Positions 50,148-60,889 of a stretch of 64,000 bases of DNA are shown one piece after another. The notes under the pieces are model-generated. The model was not told where the DNA came from. It saw only the letters and a list, made by a program, of their open reading frames with translations, and did not search any database. Position numbers and translations under genes: made by a program. Within the stretch, counting starts at the first letter, position 1, and each line of letters begins with the position of its first letter. The DNA is from Cenarchaeum sp. (GTDB taxonomy: Archaea > Thermoproteota > Nitrososphaeria > Nitrososphaerales > Nitrosopumilaceae), in the NCBI GenBank assembly GCA_965206845.1, contig OZ242221.1, positions 1,408,001 to 1,472,000 of the forward strand. Direction: 5' to 3'.

Positions 50148-53100
50148 TTAATCAACCCTTTCGACTGTGTATGTGTGATCTGTTCCGGTGGTAGGAACGG
50201 TGTTGGTCAGCGGGTTGCTTGCAGTGTCGGCGATGCCGTGGCCTGATGACACGAGATCAAGGTTGTATGTCCCGTTCTGAGATACACGAACTAACAAATC
50301 GTACACTCTGCCAGAACCGCCGACTAAAACGACAGTGCTGGTACCGTCACCTGCCCTCCCAGTACTGCTAGGGGACAGGACAAAGTCAGCTATGTCCACT
50401 CCCATTACGTCCTCGCTGAAGGTCACCGCATAGAACAGCACCCATTTGTCTGTACTTTTGTCTGTGTGATGGTATCTCTCAATTGACGCAAGCGCGGGAG
50501 CAGTGCTGTCTATGACGGGAGTGCCGATTGTGTATGTGTGATCTGTTCCGGTGGTGGGGACGGTGTTGGTCAGTGGGTTGCTTGCAGTGTCGGCGATGCC
50601 GTGGCCTGATGACACGAGATCAAGGTTGTATGTCCCGTCCTGCAATGCAATGACTTTCACCCTGTACACGCTGCCAGAACCGGCGATGGCGACGACAGGG
50701 TTGGTACCGTCGCTTGGCCCTCCCGTACTGCCAGGGGACAGGACAAAGTCTGTCTTATCCACTCCCCTTACTTTCTCGCTGAAGGTCACCTTATAGACCA
50801 GCAACAATTCGTCGGTATTTTCGGCGGTGGGCCTGTGTCTCTCAATTGACGCAAGCGTGGGGACAATGCTGACTGTATATGTGTGATCTGTTCCGGTGGT
50901 GGGGACGGTGTTGGTCAGTGGGTTGCTTGCAGTGTCGGCGATGCCGTGGCCTGATGACACGAGAACAAGGTTGTATGTCCCGTCCTGAGATGCACGGGCT
51001 GTCACATCGTACACGCTGCCAGAACCGGTGATGCCGGCGACCGGGCTGGTACCGCTGCTTGCCCCTTCCGTACTGCCAGGAGACAGGACAAAGTCAGCCG
51101 TGTCCACTCCCGTCACGTCCTCGCTGAAGGTCACCTTGTAGACCAGCGTCTGGATGTCGGTTGTTGCGCTTGATGGGTTGCTTCTCTCAATTGACGCAAG
51201 CGTGGGGGCAATGCTGACGGTGTATGTGTGATCTGTTCCGGTGGTGGAGACGGTGTTGGTCAGTGGGTTGCTGGCAGTGTCAGCGATGCCGTGGCCTGAT
51301 GACACGAGATCAAGGTTGTATGTTCCGTCCTGGGATGCAGAGACTGTCACATTGTATACGCTGCCAGAACCGGTGATGCCGGCGACCGGGCTGGTACCGC
51401 TGCCTGCCCCTCCTGTACTGCCAGGAGACAGGACAAAGTCAGCCGTGTCCACTCCCGTCACGTCCTCGCTGAAGGTCACCTTGTAGACCAGCGTCTGGCT
51501 GTCGGTTGTTGCGCTTGATGGGTTGCTTCTCTCAATTGACGCAAGCGTGGGGGCAGTGATGTCTATGACGGCAGTGCTGACTGTGTATGTGTGATCTGTT
51601 CCGGTGATGGGAGCGGCGCTAGTCAGTGGGTTGCTTGCAGTGTCGGCGATGCCGTGGCCTGATGACACGAGAACAAGGTTGTATGTCCCGTTCTGGGATG
51701 CAGAGACTATCGCATAGTACACGCTGCCAGAACCGGTGATGCCGGTGACAGGACTGATAGTTGTGGTGGTAGTGGTGGTGTTATAATTGACCGTGAGTGT
51801 CCAGCTGTTCAGGATGCCAGGATCATCATTAAAGTCATCATCTATTTGCAGGGTCCAGTTGCCTGCGATTGGGATGTTGCCAAAGGATGGAGTGTACGTC
51901 GCGACTATGTCGTCTGCGCTACCGCCTATACGGTCGTGCAGCGTTCTGGCCGTGCCGTCGGGGGCAATGAGTTCCACCAGGAGATCGCCGATGAAGGTAT
52001 GCTCGATGTCTATTGTGACAGAGACAGACGTGGCAGTCCCGGAATCAGAGACTGTGATGATGTCGGACACTGTTTGGAGGTCGGGTATGGCAAGAGCCGG
52101 TGATCTTGTCTGCATGAACTGTCCTGAAGTGACGTAGGTATTGGTATTGGTACTGGTACTTTCTCCCGTACTGCCAGGAGACAGGACAAAGTCAGCCGTG
52201 TCCACTCCCGTCACGTCCTCGCTGAAGGTCACCTTGTAGACCAGCGTCTGGCTGTCGGTATTTTCGGCGGTGGGGCTGTGTCCCTCGATTGACGCAAGTG
52301 CGGGGGCGGTGATGTCTATGACGGCAGTGCTGACTGTGTATGTGTGATCTGTTCCGGTGGTAGGAATAGTGTTGGTCAGTGGGTTGCTTGCAGTGTCGGC
52401 GATGCCGTGGCCTGATGACACGAGATCAAGGTTGTATGTCCCGTTCTGTGATGCAGGGACTATCACATAGTACACGCTGCCAGAACCGATGATGTCGACA
52501 GGACTGACAGTTGTGGTGGTGTTATAATCGACCGTTAGTGTCCAGCTGTTCAGGATGCCAGGATCATCATTATCGTTGTCATTTATTTGCAGGATCCAAT
52601 TGCCTGCGACTGATATGTTGCCAAAGGATGGAGTGTACGTTGCGACTATGTCGTCTGCGCTACCGCCTATACGGTCGTGCAGCGTTCTGGCCGTGCCATC
52701 GGGGGCAATGAGTTCCACTAGGAGCTCGCCGATGAAGGTATGCTCGATGTCTATTGTGACAGAGACAGATGTGGCAGTCCCGGAATCAGAGATTGTGATG
52801 GTGTCGGACACTGTTTGGAGGTCGTGTATGGCAAGAGCCGGTGATCTTGTCTGCGTGACCTGCCCGGAAGTGACGTAGGTATTGGTACTGGTACTTTCTT
52901 CCGTACTGCCAGGAGACAGGACAAAGTCAGCCGTGTCCACTCCCGTCACGTCCTCGCTGAAGGCCACCTTGTAGACCAGCGTCTGGCTGTCGGTATTTTC
53001 GGCGGTGGGGCTGTGTCCCTCGATTGACGCGACTGCCGGAGCCGTGCGGTCCACCGTGTACGACTGGTCCGCCCCGGTCGGGGCCACGCTGGAGAGTCCC

Positions 53101-56100
53101 GTGCCCGCCAGGTCCTCAATGTCGTGGCCGCCTGCGATGTCCAGGTTGAATGTCCCGTCCGTATTTACGGCAACGGTTGCGTTGTACGTGTCGCCTGATA
53201 CCTCGGATACCGTGATGGAGCCCGCGCCGGAGCCTGACAGCTCAAAGTCTGTGGCATCCACGTCCTGCACCGCCTCGCTGAACGTGACCTCAAATACCAG
53301 GGTCGACTCCGAGGTGAGCTCTCCTGACGGGTCGCTCCTCTCGATTGACGCGACTGCCGGAGCCGTGCGGTCCACCGTGTACGACTGGTCCGCCCCGGTC
53401 GGGGCCACGCTGGAGAGTCCCGTGCCCGCCAGGTCCTCAATGTCGTGGCCGCCTGCGATGTCCAAGTTGAACGTCCCGTCCGTATTTACGGCAACGGTTG
53501 CGTTGTACGTGTCGCCTGATACCTCGGATACCGTGATGGAGCCCGCGCCGGAGCCTGACAGCTCAAAGTCTGTGGCATCCACGTCCTGCACCGCCTCGCT
53601 GAACGTGACCCCAAATACCAGGGTCGACTCCGAGGTGAGCTCTCCTGACGGGTCGCTCCTCTCGATTGACGCGACTGCCGGGGCCGTGCGGTCCACCGTG
53701 TACGACTGGTCCGCCCCGGTCGGGGCCACGCTGGAGAGTCCCGTGCCCGCCAGGTTCTCGATGTCGTGGCCGCTTGCGATGTTCAGGTTGAACGTTCCGT
53801 CGGCAGTCGCGGTAACGGTGACGTTGTACGCGCTGCCGGAGCCGGTCAGGCCCGTCACGCTGCCCGTCCCGGTGCCGTCGGTGGACAGCACAAAGTCTGC
53901 CTGGTCCACGCCGGTGACGTCCTCGCTGAAGGTCACCGCAAAGACAAGGGTGATTTTGATGGTGAACTCTGCTGTCGGGTCGCTCCTCTCGATTGACGCG
54001 ACTGCCGGGGCGGTCAGGTTCACTGTGTACGACTCGTCTGTCCCCTCGGCTGGCGTGGTGCCGGATAATGGGTTGCCCGCCGCATCTTCGACTCCGTGAC
54101 CTGATACCATGTCCAGGTTGAATGTCCCGTCCATATCCACGGCAACGGTGGCATTGTACGTGCTGTCAGATATCCTGGATACCGTGATGGAGCCCGTGCC
54201 AGTACTGGAGTCTGACAGCTCAAAGTCTGCCTGGTCCACGCCGGTGACGTCCTCGCTGAAGGTCACCTTGTAGATCAGCGTCTGGCTGTTGGTTGTTGCG
54301 CTTGATGGGTTGCTCCTCTCAATTGACGCAAGCGTCGGGGCAGTGTTGTCTGTTACAGCGGTGCTGACGGTGTATGTGTGGTCTGTTCCGGTGGGGGCGG
54401 TGTCAGTCAGTGGGTTGCTTGCAGTGTCGGCGATGCCGTGGCCTGACGACGCGAGATCAAGGTTGAACGTCCCGTCGGCAGTCGCGGTAACGGTGACGCT
54501 GTACGCGCTGCCGGAGCCGGTCAGGCCCGTCACGCTACCCGACCCGGTGCCGTCGGTGGACAGCACAAAGTCTGCCTGGTCCACGCCGGTGACACTCTCG
54601 CTAAACGTCACCGCAAAGACAAGGGTGGTTCCGGTGGTGGACTCCTCTACCGGGTTGCTCCTCACGATCGACGTGACTGCCGGGGCGGTGCGGTCCACCG
54701 TGTACGACTGGTCCGCCCCGGTCGGGGCCACGCTGGAGAGTCCCGTGCCCGCCAGGTCCTCGATGTCGTGGCCGCCTGCGATGTCCAGGTTGAACGTCCC
54801 GTCCGTATTTACGGCAACGGTTGCGTTGTACGTGTCGCCTGATACCTCGGATACCGTGATGGAGCCCGTGCCAGTACTGGAGTCTGACAGCTCAAAGTCT
54901 GCCTGGTCCACGCCGGTGACGTCCTCGCTGAAGGTCACCTTGTAGATCAGCGTCTGGCTGTTGGTTGTTGCGCTTGATGGGTTGCTCCTCTCAATTGACG
55001 CAAGCGTCGGGGCAGTGTTGTCTGTTACAGCGGTGCTGACGGTGTATGTGTGGTCTGTTCCGGTGGGGGCGGTGTCAGTCAGTGGGTTGCTTGCAGTGTC
55101 GGCGATGCCGTGGCCTGACGACGCGAGATCAAGGTTGAACGTCCCGTCGGCAGTCGCGGTAACGGTGACGCTGTACGCGCTGCCGGAGCCGGTCAGGCCC
55201 GTCACGCTACCCGACCCGGTGCCGTCGGTGGACAGCACAAAGTCTGCCTGGTCCACGCCGGTGACACTCTCGCTAAACGTCACCGCAAAGACAAGGGTGG
55301 TTCCGGTGGTGGACTCCTCTACCGGGTTGCTCCTCACGATCGACGTGACTGCCGGGGCGGTGCGGTCCACCGTGTACGACTGGTCCGCCCCGGTCGGGGC
55401 CACGCTGGAGAGTCCCGTGCCCGCCAGGTCCTCGATGTCGTGGCCGCCTGCGATGTCCAGGTTGAACGTCCCGTCCGTATTTACGGCAACGGTTGCGTTG
55501 TACGTGTCGCCTGATACCTCGGATACCGTGATGGAGCCCGCGCCGGAGCCTGACAGCTCAAAGTCGCTGGCGTCCACGTTCTGCACCGCCTCGCTGAACG
55601 TGACCTCAAATACCAGGGTCGACTCCGAGGTGAGCCCGCCTGACGGGTCGCTCCTCGCAATTGACGCAAGCGTCGGGGCGGTGCTGTCTGTTACAGCGGT
55701 GCCGACGGTGTATGTTTGGTCGTCTTCGGTGGGGACAGTGTTAGTCAGGGGGACGTAGTTTACAATGTCGTTAATGTCGTGGCCTGATGACACGAGATCA
55801 AGGTTGTATGTCCCGTCTTGGGATGCGGAGACCGTCACATAGTACACGGTGCCGAAACCTCTGACGCGGGTAACAGGGCTGGTACCGTCGCTTGGCCCTC
55901 CCGTACTGTTAGGGGACAGGACAAAGTCTGTCCTATCCACTCCCCTTACATCCTCGCTGAAGGTCACCCGGTAGACCAGTGTCTGGCTGTCGGTGTTTGC
56001 GTCGCCGGGGTCGTATCGCCTAATTGATGTGACCATTGGGGGAGTATCGGGCGGAGGTAAGGTTTCTACGAGATGAACTTTAAGATACTCACGATCAAAG

Positions 56101-56843
56101 CGGCTTGCTTCATCTGTACATACATACGTCACTAAAACTATTCTGGGAAGATCTTCAGGCTCAATATCAGTTATAATAACGTCATCAGTAACAGCATCAT
56201 AAGACTCGGTACGAAGCAAGACATCGTCGTCATAGACTTTATCGGTACATGTGATATCGGGCTCGACGTAAGGTTGTTTTATTATTACATATTGCCTATA
56301 GGTACCATCGCCAGCCAGATACTCGTCAGGAATTTTTATTTCGGGTGCATGCAGATCAGTCCTAATGGTAGTTTCCGTTGCGCTGTTGGTATTGCCTGAT
56401 GTATCAGACACCACATCTGCAGGAATCCGTAGTGTGATGATACTGTCGGTGCCACTGTAATGATGATATTTGAAAGTACCATATTCATCAATTAGAACCC
56501 CCCGTGAATCAATGTCAATTAATGTCACATCTTCCACTTCAAACGTGCCGCGAATTATTGGCGAACTAAAACTTATTTCAAATGTTAGGCTAGTGGTGAT
56601 TCCAATAAGGCAAGTAGGGTCGGGAGGTCTCGAAGGGCAAGGGTCACTCACAAGAGCGATCGTCGGGACAATTGACTGTGAAGATTGAGCATGAGCAATG
56701 TTGGTGGCAGATGCAAATACAACGGAGAACGAAACAAAAAGTAAAACACACGAAATCGCACAAATAATCCGCTTTACATCATGTTCTCCCACATTCCTAC
56801 CTGCCGTGTTAGTTTCATGGCATAATTTAGAATAACGAGCCAA
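50148..56843 (-). CDS. Giant secreted repetitive surface protein (Ig-like repeats plus two proprotein-convertase P-like domains)
   Basis: Signal-like hydrophobic stretch; many roughly 105-120-aa VTFSEDVTGVD..DF.L..DGT(Y/F)NLD repeats; two IEHTFIG(D/E)L.VELIAPDG..GNW.L.I.D..D.G.LNSW.L domains. Confidence 0.9.
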   Translation of the reverse strand: MARYSKLCHETNTAGRNVGEHDVKRIICAISCVLLFVSFSVVFASATNIAHAQSSQSIVPTIALVSDPCPSRPPDPTCLIGITTSLTFEISFSSPIIRGTFEVEDVTLIDIDSRGVLIDEYGTFKYHHYSGTDSIITLRIPADVVSDTSGNTNSATETTIRTDLHAPEIKIPDEYLAGDGTYRQYVIIKQPYVEPDITCTDKVYDDDVLLRTESYDAVTDDVIITDIEPEDLPRIVLVTYVCTDEASRFDREYLKVHLVETLPPPDTPPMVTSIRRYDPGDANTDSQTLVYRVTFSEDVRGVDRTDFVLSPNSTGGPSDGTSPVTRVRGFGTVYYVTVSASQDGTYNLDLVSSGHDINDIVNYVPLTNTVPTEDDQTYTVGTAVTDSTAPTLASIARSDPSGGLTSESTLVFEVTFSEAVQNVDASDFELSGSGAGSITVSEVSGDTYNATVAVNTDGTFNLDIAGGHDIEDLAGTGLSSVAPTGADQSYTVDRTAPAVTSIVRSNPVEESTTGTTLVFAVTFSESVTGVDQADFVLSTDGTGSGSVTGLTGSGSAYSVTVTATADGTFNLDLASSGHGIADTASNPLTDTAPTGTDHTYTVSTAVTDNTAPTLASIERSNPSSATTNSQTLIYKVTFSEDVTGVDQADFELSDSSTGTGSITVSEVSGDTYNATVAVNTDGTFNLDIAGGHDIEDLAGTGLSSVAPTGADQSYTVDRTAPAVTSIVRSNPVEESTTGTTLVFAVTFSESVTGVDQADFVLSTDGTGSGSVTGLTGSGSAYSVTVTATADGTFNLDLASSGHGIADTASNPLTDTAPTGTDHTYTVSTAVTDNTAPTLASIERSNPSSATTNSQTLIYKVTFSEDVTGVDQADFELSDSSTGTGSITVSRISDSTYNATVAVDMDGTFNLDMVSGHGVEDAAGNPLSGTTPAEGTDESYTVNLTAPAVASIERSDPTAEFTIKITLVFAVTFSEDVTGVDQADFVLSTDGTGTGSVTGLTGSGSAYNVTVTATADGTFNLNIASGHDIENLAGTGLSSVAPTGADQSYTVDRTAPAVASIERSDPSGELTSESTLVFGVTFSEAVQDVDATDFELSGSGAGSITVSEVSGDTYNATVAVNTDGTFNLDIAGGHDIEDLAGTGLSSVAPTGADQSYTVDRTAPAVASIERSDPSGELTSESTLVFEVTFSEAVQDVDATDFELSGSGAGSITVSEVSGDTYNATVAVNTDGTFNLDIAGGHDIEDLAGTGLSSVAPTGADQSYTVDRTAPAVASIEGHSPTAENTDSQTLVYKVAFSEDVTGVDTADFVLSPGSTEESTSTNTYVTSGQVTQTRSPALAIHDLQTVSDTITISDSGTATSVSVTIDIEHTFIGELLVELIAPDGTARTLHDRIGGSADDIVATYTPSFGNISVAGNWILQINDNDNDDPGILNSWTLTVDYNTTTTVSPVDIIGSGSVYYVIVPASQNGTYNLDLVSSGHGIADTASNPLTNTIPTTGTDHTYTVSTAVIDITAPALASIEGHSPTAENTDSQTLVYKVTFSEDVTGVDTADFVLSPGSTGESTSTNTNTYVTSGQFMQTRSPALAIPDLQTVSDIITVSDSGTATSVSVTIDIEHTFIGDLLVELIAPDGTARTLHDRIGGSADDIVATYTPSFGNIPIAGNWTLQIDDDFNDDPGILNSWTLTVNYNTTTTTTTISPVTGITGSGSVYYAIVSASQNGTYNLVLVSSGHGIADTASNPLTSAAPITGTDHTYTVSTAVIDITAPTLASIERSNPSSATTDSQTLVYKVTFSEDVTGVDTADFVLSPGSTGGAGSGTSPVAGITGSGSVYNVTVSASQDGTYNLDLVSSGHGIADTASNPLTNTVSTTGTDHTYTVSIAPTLASIERSNPSSATTDIQTLVYKVTFSEDVTGVDTADFVLSPGSTEGASSGTSPVAGITGSGSVYDVTARASQDGTYNLVLVSSGHGIADTASNPLTNTVPTTGTDHTYTVSIVPTLASIERHRPTAENTDELLLVYKVTFSEKVRGVDKTDFVLSPGSTGGPSDGTNPVVAIAGSGSVYRVKVIALQDGTYNLDLVSSGHGIADTASNPLTNTVPTTGTDHTYTIGTPVIDSTAPALASIERYHHTDKSTDKWVLFYAVTFSEDVMGVDIADFVLSPSSTGRAGDGTSTVVLVGGSGRVYDLLVRVSQNGTYNLDLVSSGHGIADTASNPLTNTVPTTGTDHTYTVERVD

Positions 56844-56897
56844 ATCTAAAAATATTGGTCAAATGATCAAATATTCTTCCCTAATATACATCAGGAA

Positions 56898-57070
56898 TCA
56901 GCGTTCTGGCAAAGGCCCTTGTGGACTACAACGAGGACAGGATCCGCTCTGCGCCAGGCTACCATGCTCCCAACGAGTCTGTCTGCAGGTTGGAGAGTGG
57001 GAATAAATGAAGAACGTGCCCATTCGGAAAAAGATGCAGAAAGCGGTATCAAGAGCAGGGATCCGGATCA
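56898..57070 (+). pseudogene. IS3/IS481-type transposase C-terminal remnant with probable right end
   Basis: ALVDYNEDRIRSAPGYHAPNE resembles YNxxRxHSxLGYxxP; segment ends ..GGGATCCGGATCA. Confidence 0.55.
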
Positions 57071-57076
57071 TTGCTG

Positions 57077-57214
57077 AGACATGATCCGCAATTAAGAATC
57101 GGGTCTTCGATGCCCATAATCTTACAGATGTGCGCTCCAAAGCATGCAACTTTCGTATGATTATGCCAAAGATCGTGCTCTAATGTGCCTGCGTGCTAAT
57201 TACGAATCACATCT
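57077..57214 (-). mobile_element. 138-bp MITE, copy 2 (inverted)
   Basis: Reverse complement of 10621-10758; CTG duplicated at 57074-57076 and 57215-57217. Confidence 0.92.
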
Positions 57215-57285
57215 CTGGATTCATTACCACCAACATGTTTTTCGTCCACTTCGACGGGACCTTTCATGGAATCAAACCCCCGCTA

Positions 57286-58773
57286 CAGTAATCCCAGATG
57301 TGCTCACGGAGCCACGGGATCTGGCGGTGGCTCGGGCTGAATCGTAATATTCCGATAGATTGCTATTAGCGTGGCAATTTTCATATACAGTTGCGTCACC
57401 GGAAGGACTCCGCCACGCAGCTTCAGAAAGCTTGCCAGCTGCGCGTTTACCAGCGCCCATGCGTTAAACAGCGTCAGCGAGTACAGAAAGCAGAAAAGCC
57501 TGGCAGGCCTATTGCTGCCGAACGACTTTGCCCTGGCGTTCTCTACCAGTCTGTAGCATGTCTCGATGGTCCACCTTTTGGAATATTCTTTCACGTCCAT
57601 CCACGGGGCATTGGTGGCAAACGCAATGTATCGATCTTCCGGCGCATCTGCCTTCTTCGCCTTCTTGTCCCCGTTCTTCGTCCTCTCACTTTCTTTCCTT
57701 ACTCTCTTCTTCTTTGTTATGATCATGTGGTACTGAACCGTTACCTTGTCAGAATTCGTCATGTCGGATTTTGAGATGGGGCCGAGCGTCTTGACCACGA
57801 ACTTGCGCAGCGAGTCTTTCACCCTACTGGTTCTGGTGCACGGCATCAGGTACTCAAGGCTAAGGCGCTCAATCTCGGATATCGAGTTCACTGAAAAGAA
57901 ACCCCTGTCAATCAGGATCAGTCCCAGCCTGGATCCGACGGCGGAGACGTTTTCTAGGCACAAATTGATGATTCTACGCAGGGATTCGTGCACGGATGAG
58001 GACTTGTCCATGTATAGGGCCGCAAGGATAAGCCGCGATTTGGAGTTGACGCACTGCGCCGTAATGTACGCCTCGAATCTGTTGGTGCCGCTCTTGCGCT
58101 CACCGCCCCTCAGGTCAGAGCCAAGTTTCTTGCTGTGGCATGGTATCAGAGATGTGATTCGTAATTAGCACGCAAGCACATTAGAGCATGATCTTTGGCA
58201 CAATCATACGAAAGTTGCATGCTTTGGAGCACACATCTGTAAGATTATGGGCATCGAAGGCTCGATTCTTAATTGCGGATCATGTCTCAGGTGCATGTCG
58301 ATGGCCACATCAAGCACATCAGGCAACCTGCCAAGCAGGCAAATCTCATCCAGCTGTGCCCTCACCACCTAGTTAAAAGTCTCAAGCGCCTTGCACTCGT
58401 CCGTCTTGGACAGGATGTTGCGAAACCACTCGTCGCTTGGAGAATGGCGCGAATATCTTGGATTCTCGATGGACTGCGCCGTGATTTCTCTCATGACGAG
58501 GCCGCATCCGCCGACCGAAGTGTCAAGCATCGCGGCATGCAGCATACCGACGTTAAAGTCGCTTGCTCCATATGTCGCGTTGTACCTTTTGGAGACTTCG
58601 GCGGACGGCACGATGCTTTCTCCCAACATCTTCTCAACAGATTCATATATTTTGCCATTGTTCATCATATCGCGTCTCAGGCGATCTTTTTGGTGAAGCA
58701 TGAGGATCGTCTGGGCGCGCCCCCATTGATCTGTTTGCATCAGGTGCCAGATCTGGCACATCTGGGATTACTG
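57286..58773 (-). mobile_element. ISH3-family element with inactivated transposase
   Basis: Perfect 18-bp TIR CAGTAATCCCAGATGTGC; 5-bp duplication CGCTA; VAIDMHLIP, IDRGFFS and YSKRWTIETCYR motifs; in-frame TAG at 58369-58371. Confidence 0.93.
58150..58287 (+). mobile_element. 138-bp MITE, copy 3, inside the ISH3 transposase
   Basis: CAG duplicated at 58147-58149 and 58288-58290; removal restores DMHL-IPCHSKK in frame. Confidence 0.93.
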
Positions 58774-59308
58774 CGCTAGGGTCTTCCAAGACTCCCGCAG
58801 GCGATGAACCATGAACCGTGCCGACTTTTGCGTTATGACCAGATCACGGTGCATCTTCATGGAGGACACTCCCCTGAGATTCGTGGCAAACTGATAGGCA
58901 GCTATCGCCAATTTTTGATACGGTATCTTGGAAGACTCCACCACCGTTCCCACCTTGACGGAGAAATACTTGTGGCATTCGGCGCACCTGTACCTCATGG
59001 TCGGGCGTGGCTCTTTCTCGGACTCGGCAGATCCACAGTGGGAGCACTTGCGCCCATCCTTCCAGATGCGATTTTCGAACCACCTTTAGGCTGATTCGTC
59101 ATCTGGAAACATCTGGAAGAGTTCGACTAGACTGACCCCTTTGCGGAATGATTTGCTGGTGCCTGCTGTGGCATACACCATATGCGTGACTAGTGCACAT
59201 AAATGCTACTTGTGTATATAATTCCCGAAAAAGGCTAGAGTCTACTCAAGTATGTAATTTCTCGACATTGCCGTAAAAAGTTAAATTACAACGGAAGACA
59301 CGCGCGGT

Positions 59309-59602
59309 ATGAAGATAGTCACGGTGGGCAGCAGGTCGTTTGTGACCAGCTTTCAACTGGCGGGTATATCTGGCGTGATATCTGACACTCCAGAGCAGGC
59401 CTTGGACAGGATCAAGGAGATCACAGACGAGTCTGATGTGGGCCTAGTGCTGATAAGCGACGACATATCCGAGCCGATCAGCGACCAGCTGACGAAGCTC
59501 CGGGCCGAAAAGTCCACCCTGGTGTTTGCGCTGCCGGCAGCCGGTAGCAAAAAGGTCGATGTCGACTACAGGGTCATGCTCAAGAAGATACTCGGCGTCT
59601 AG
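59309..59602 (+). CDS. atpF: A/V-type ATP synthase subunit F
   Basis: KIVTVGSRSFVTSFQLAGI..DVGLVLI; TTAAAT box upstream. Confidence 0.9.
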   Translation: MKIVTVGSRSFVTSFQLAGISGVISDTPEQALDRIKEITDESDVGLVLISDDISEPISDQLTKLRAEKSTLVFALPAAGSKKVDVDYRVMLKKILGV

Positions 59603-59701
59603 ATCGCTGGGATAGCGCAGTACATCCTGCTATGCCATCTGGCGGGATTGCGACACGCACGATGTGTTTTTGGTGAATCGGCAGAACAGTATTTAACTAG
59701 A

Positions 59702-60841
59702 ATGGGCAAATATCAAGAAGTAATGAAAAAGCCCTTTTCAAAGGACGGCCCGCCAGAGGACAGGGAGAAGCCGGGTGTAGTCAAAGACGATACGGCCCTG
59801 ACAGACCCGGATTATCAACTGAAGAAGCTCTTTAAAAAAGGGGTGAACCTGATGGCCGATGAGAAGCTGGAGGAGGCCACCGTCGTCTTTGAGCAGGCGC
59901 TCAGGCTTGATCCAAACAGCATCGAGATCCTGCTGAAGCTGGGCTATGCCAGGTTTCATCTGGATGATCATGTAGAGTCGCTGCGCGTCTATGACAGGGT
60001 TCTGGACATCGACGTGACCAACCCCGAGGCATGGAACCTCAAGGGACTGGTGCACTACGAGCAGAAGAACTATGCCAAGGCGCTGGACTGCGTGGAGAAG
60101 GCAATCGAGACGGATCCCACCTATGACATGGCGTGGTACAACCGGGCATGCTTTCTCTCACTCCTCAACAAGATTCCAGAGTCCATCGAGGCGCTAAAGC
60201 GCTCGATAGAGATCGACGTGAAGAATGCCCGCAAGGCCGTAAAGGACAAGGACTTTGTAAACGTCAGGGTGGAGGAGGGGTTCCGTAGAATCATCGAGGT
60301 CGTGGTGCTCGAGTCCATCCGCCAAGGGTACCATACGATCGGAGCCATAGTGTGGACCACGTTTCTAAGCAAGGCCGACACCGTGGACTCGCTCAGAAAG
60401 CTGCAGGAGAAGGGCCTCATAACAATGAATGAACGGCGCGAAGGACTTCACAGGATACCTGTGTATGACCTGTCGCCGGACATCGCAAGAAAGACCGGTA
60501 CGGAGAGGAAGAGCCTGTTCGGGCTGAGAAGAAAGAAGCTGCCCGGAACGGTAAGGGGACTCAAGGAGCTGAGCCTTGCAATACAGGGAGCCAGGGCCAA
60601 CATCGAGGAGGAGAGCTTGGGGAAGACCCTGGAGAGCTTTGAGGCATTTATAGACGCAAAGCGCTGCGGGCCGCAGATGATCGAGCAGTTCTTTGATATG
60701 CACCGCGAGATCAGGCTGTGGAAGGTAAGGCTGACCGACCGGGGGCTTGAGTACCTACAGAGCAACAAAAAGAAGATGCTGGAGCTCCTTGACAACCTCG
60801 AAGGCACCGTGACCAGGCAGCTGAGAAACGAGGTCGTGTAG
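59702..60841 (+). CDS. Tetratricopeptide repeat protein
   Basis: Consecutive TPR units (AWNLKG, AWYNRA); ATG at 59702 chosen as start. Confidence 0.88.
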   Translation: MGKYQEVMKKPFSKDGPPEDREKPGVVKDDTALTDPDYQLKKLFKKGVNLMADEKLEEATVVFEQALRLDPNSIEILLKLGYARFHLDDHVESLRVYDRVLDIDVTNPEAWNLKGLVHYEQKNYAKALDCVEKAIETDPTYDMAWYNRACFLSLLNKIPESIEALKRSIEIDVKNARKAVKDKDFVNVRVEEGFRRIIEVVVLESIRQGYHTIGAIVWTTFLSKADTVDSLRKLQEKGLITMNERREGLHRIPVYDLSPDIARKTGTERKSLFGLRRKKLPGTVRGLKELSLAIQGARANIEEESLGKTLESFEAFIDAKRCGPQMIEQFFDMHREIRLWKVRLTDRGLEYLQSNKKKMLELLDNLEGTVTRQLRNEVV

Positions 60842-60889
60842 CGGGCATCTGCGCCTGCGGCCGTACATTACAGGAGTGTGATCCCGTGG

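Larger units (their letters stand above)
57218..59226 (-). pseudogene. IS1595-family transposase remnant split by ISH3 insertion
   Basis: MFPDDESA*RWFE..CSHCGS..YRCAEC..FSVKVGT..GVSSM..ITQKSA..HRLR continues beyond ISH3 as GPVEVDE; probable terminus GGGAATTATATACACAAGT at 59226. Confidence 0.85.

Noticed and set aside
53005-55758. Long + strand ORFs opposite the giant gene, and similar antisense ORFs over purA, carB, top6 and transposases
   Set aside because: Shadow frames of GC-rich coding sequence with no recognisable motifs
58369-58371. In-frame TAG in the ISH3 transposase as pyrrolysine or readthrough
   Set aside because: The gene is also broken by a MITE and no pyl genes are visible; ordinary decay is simpler
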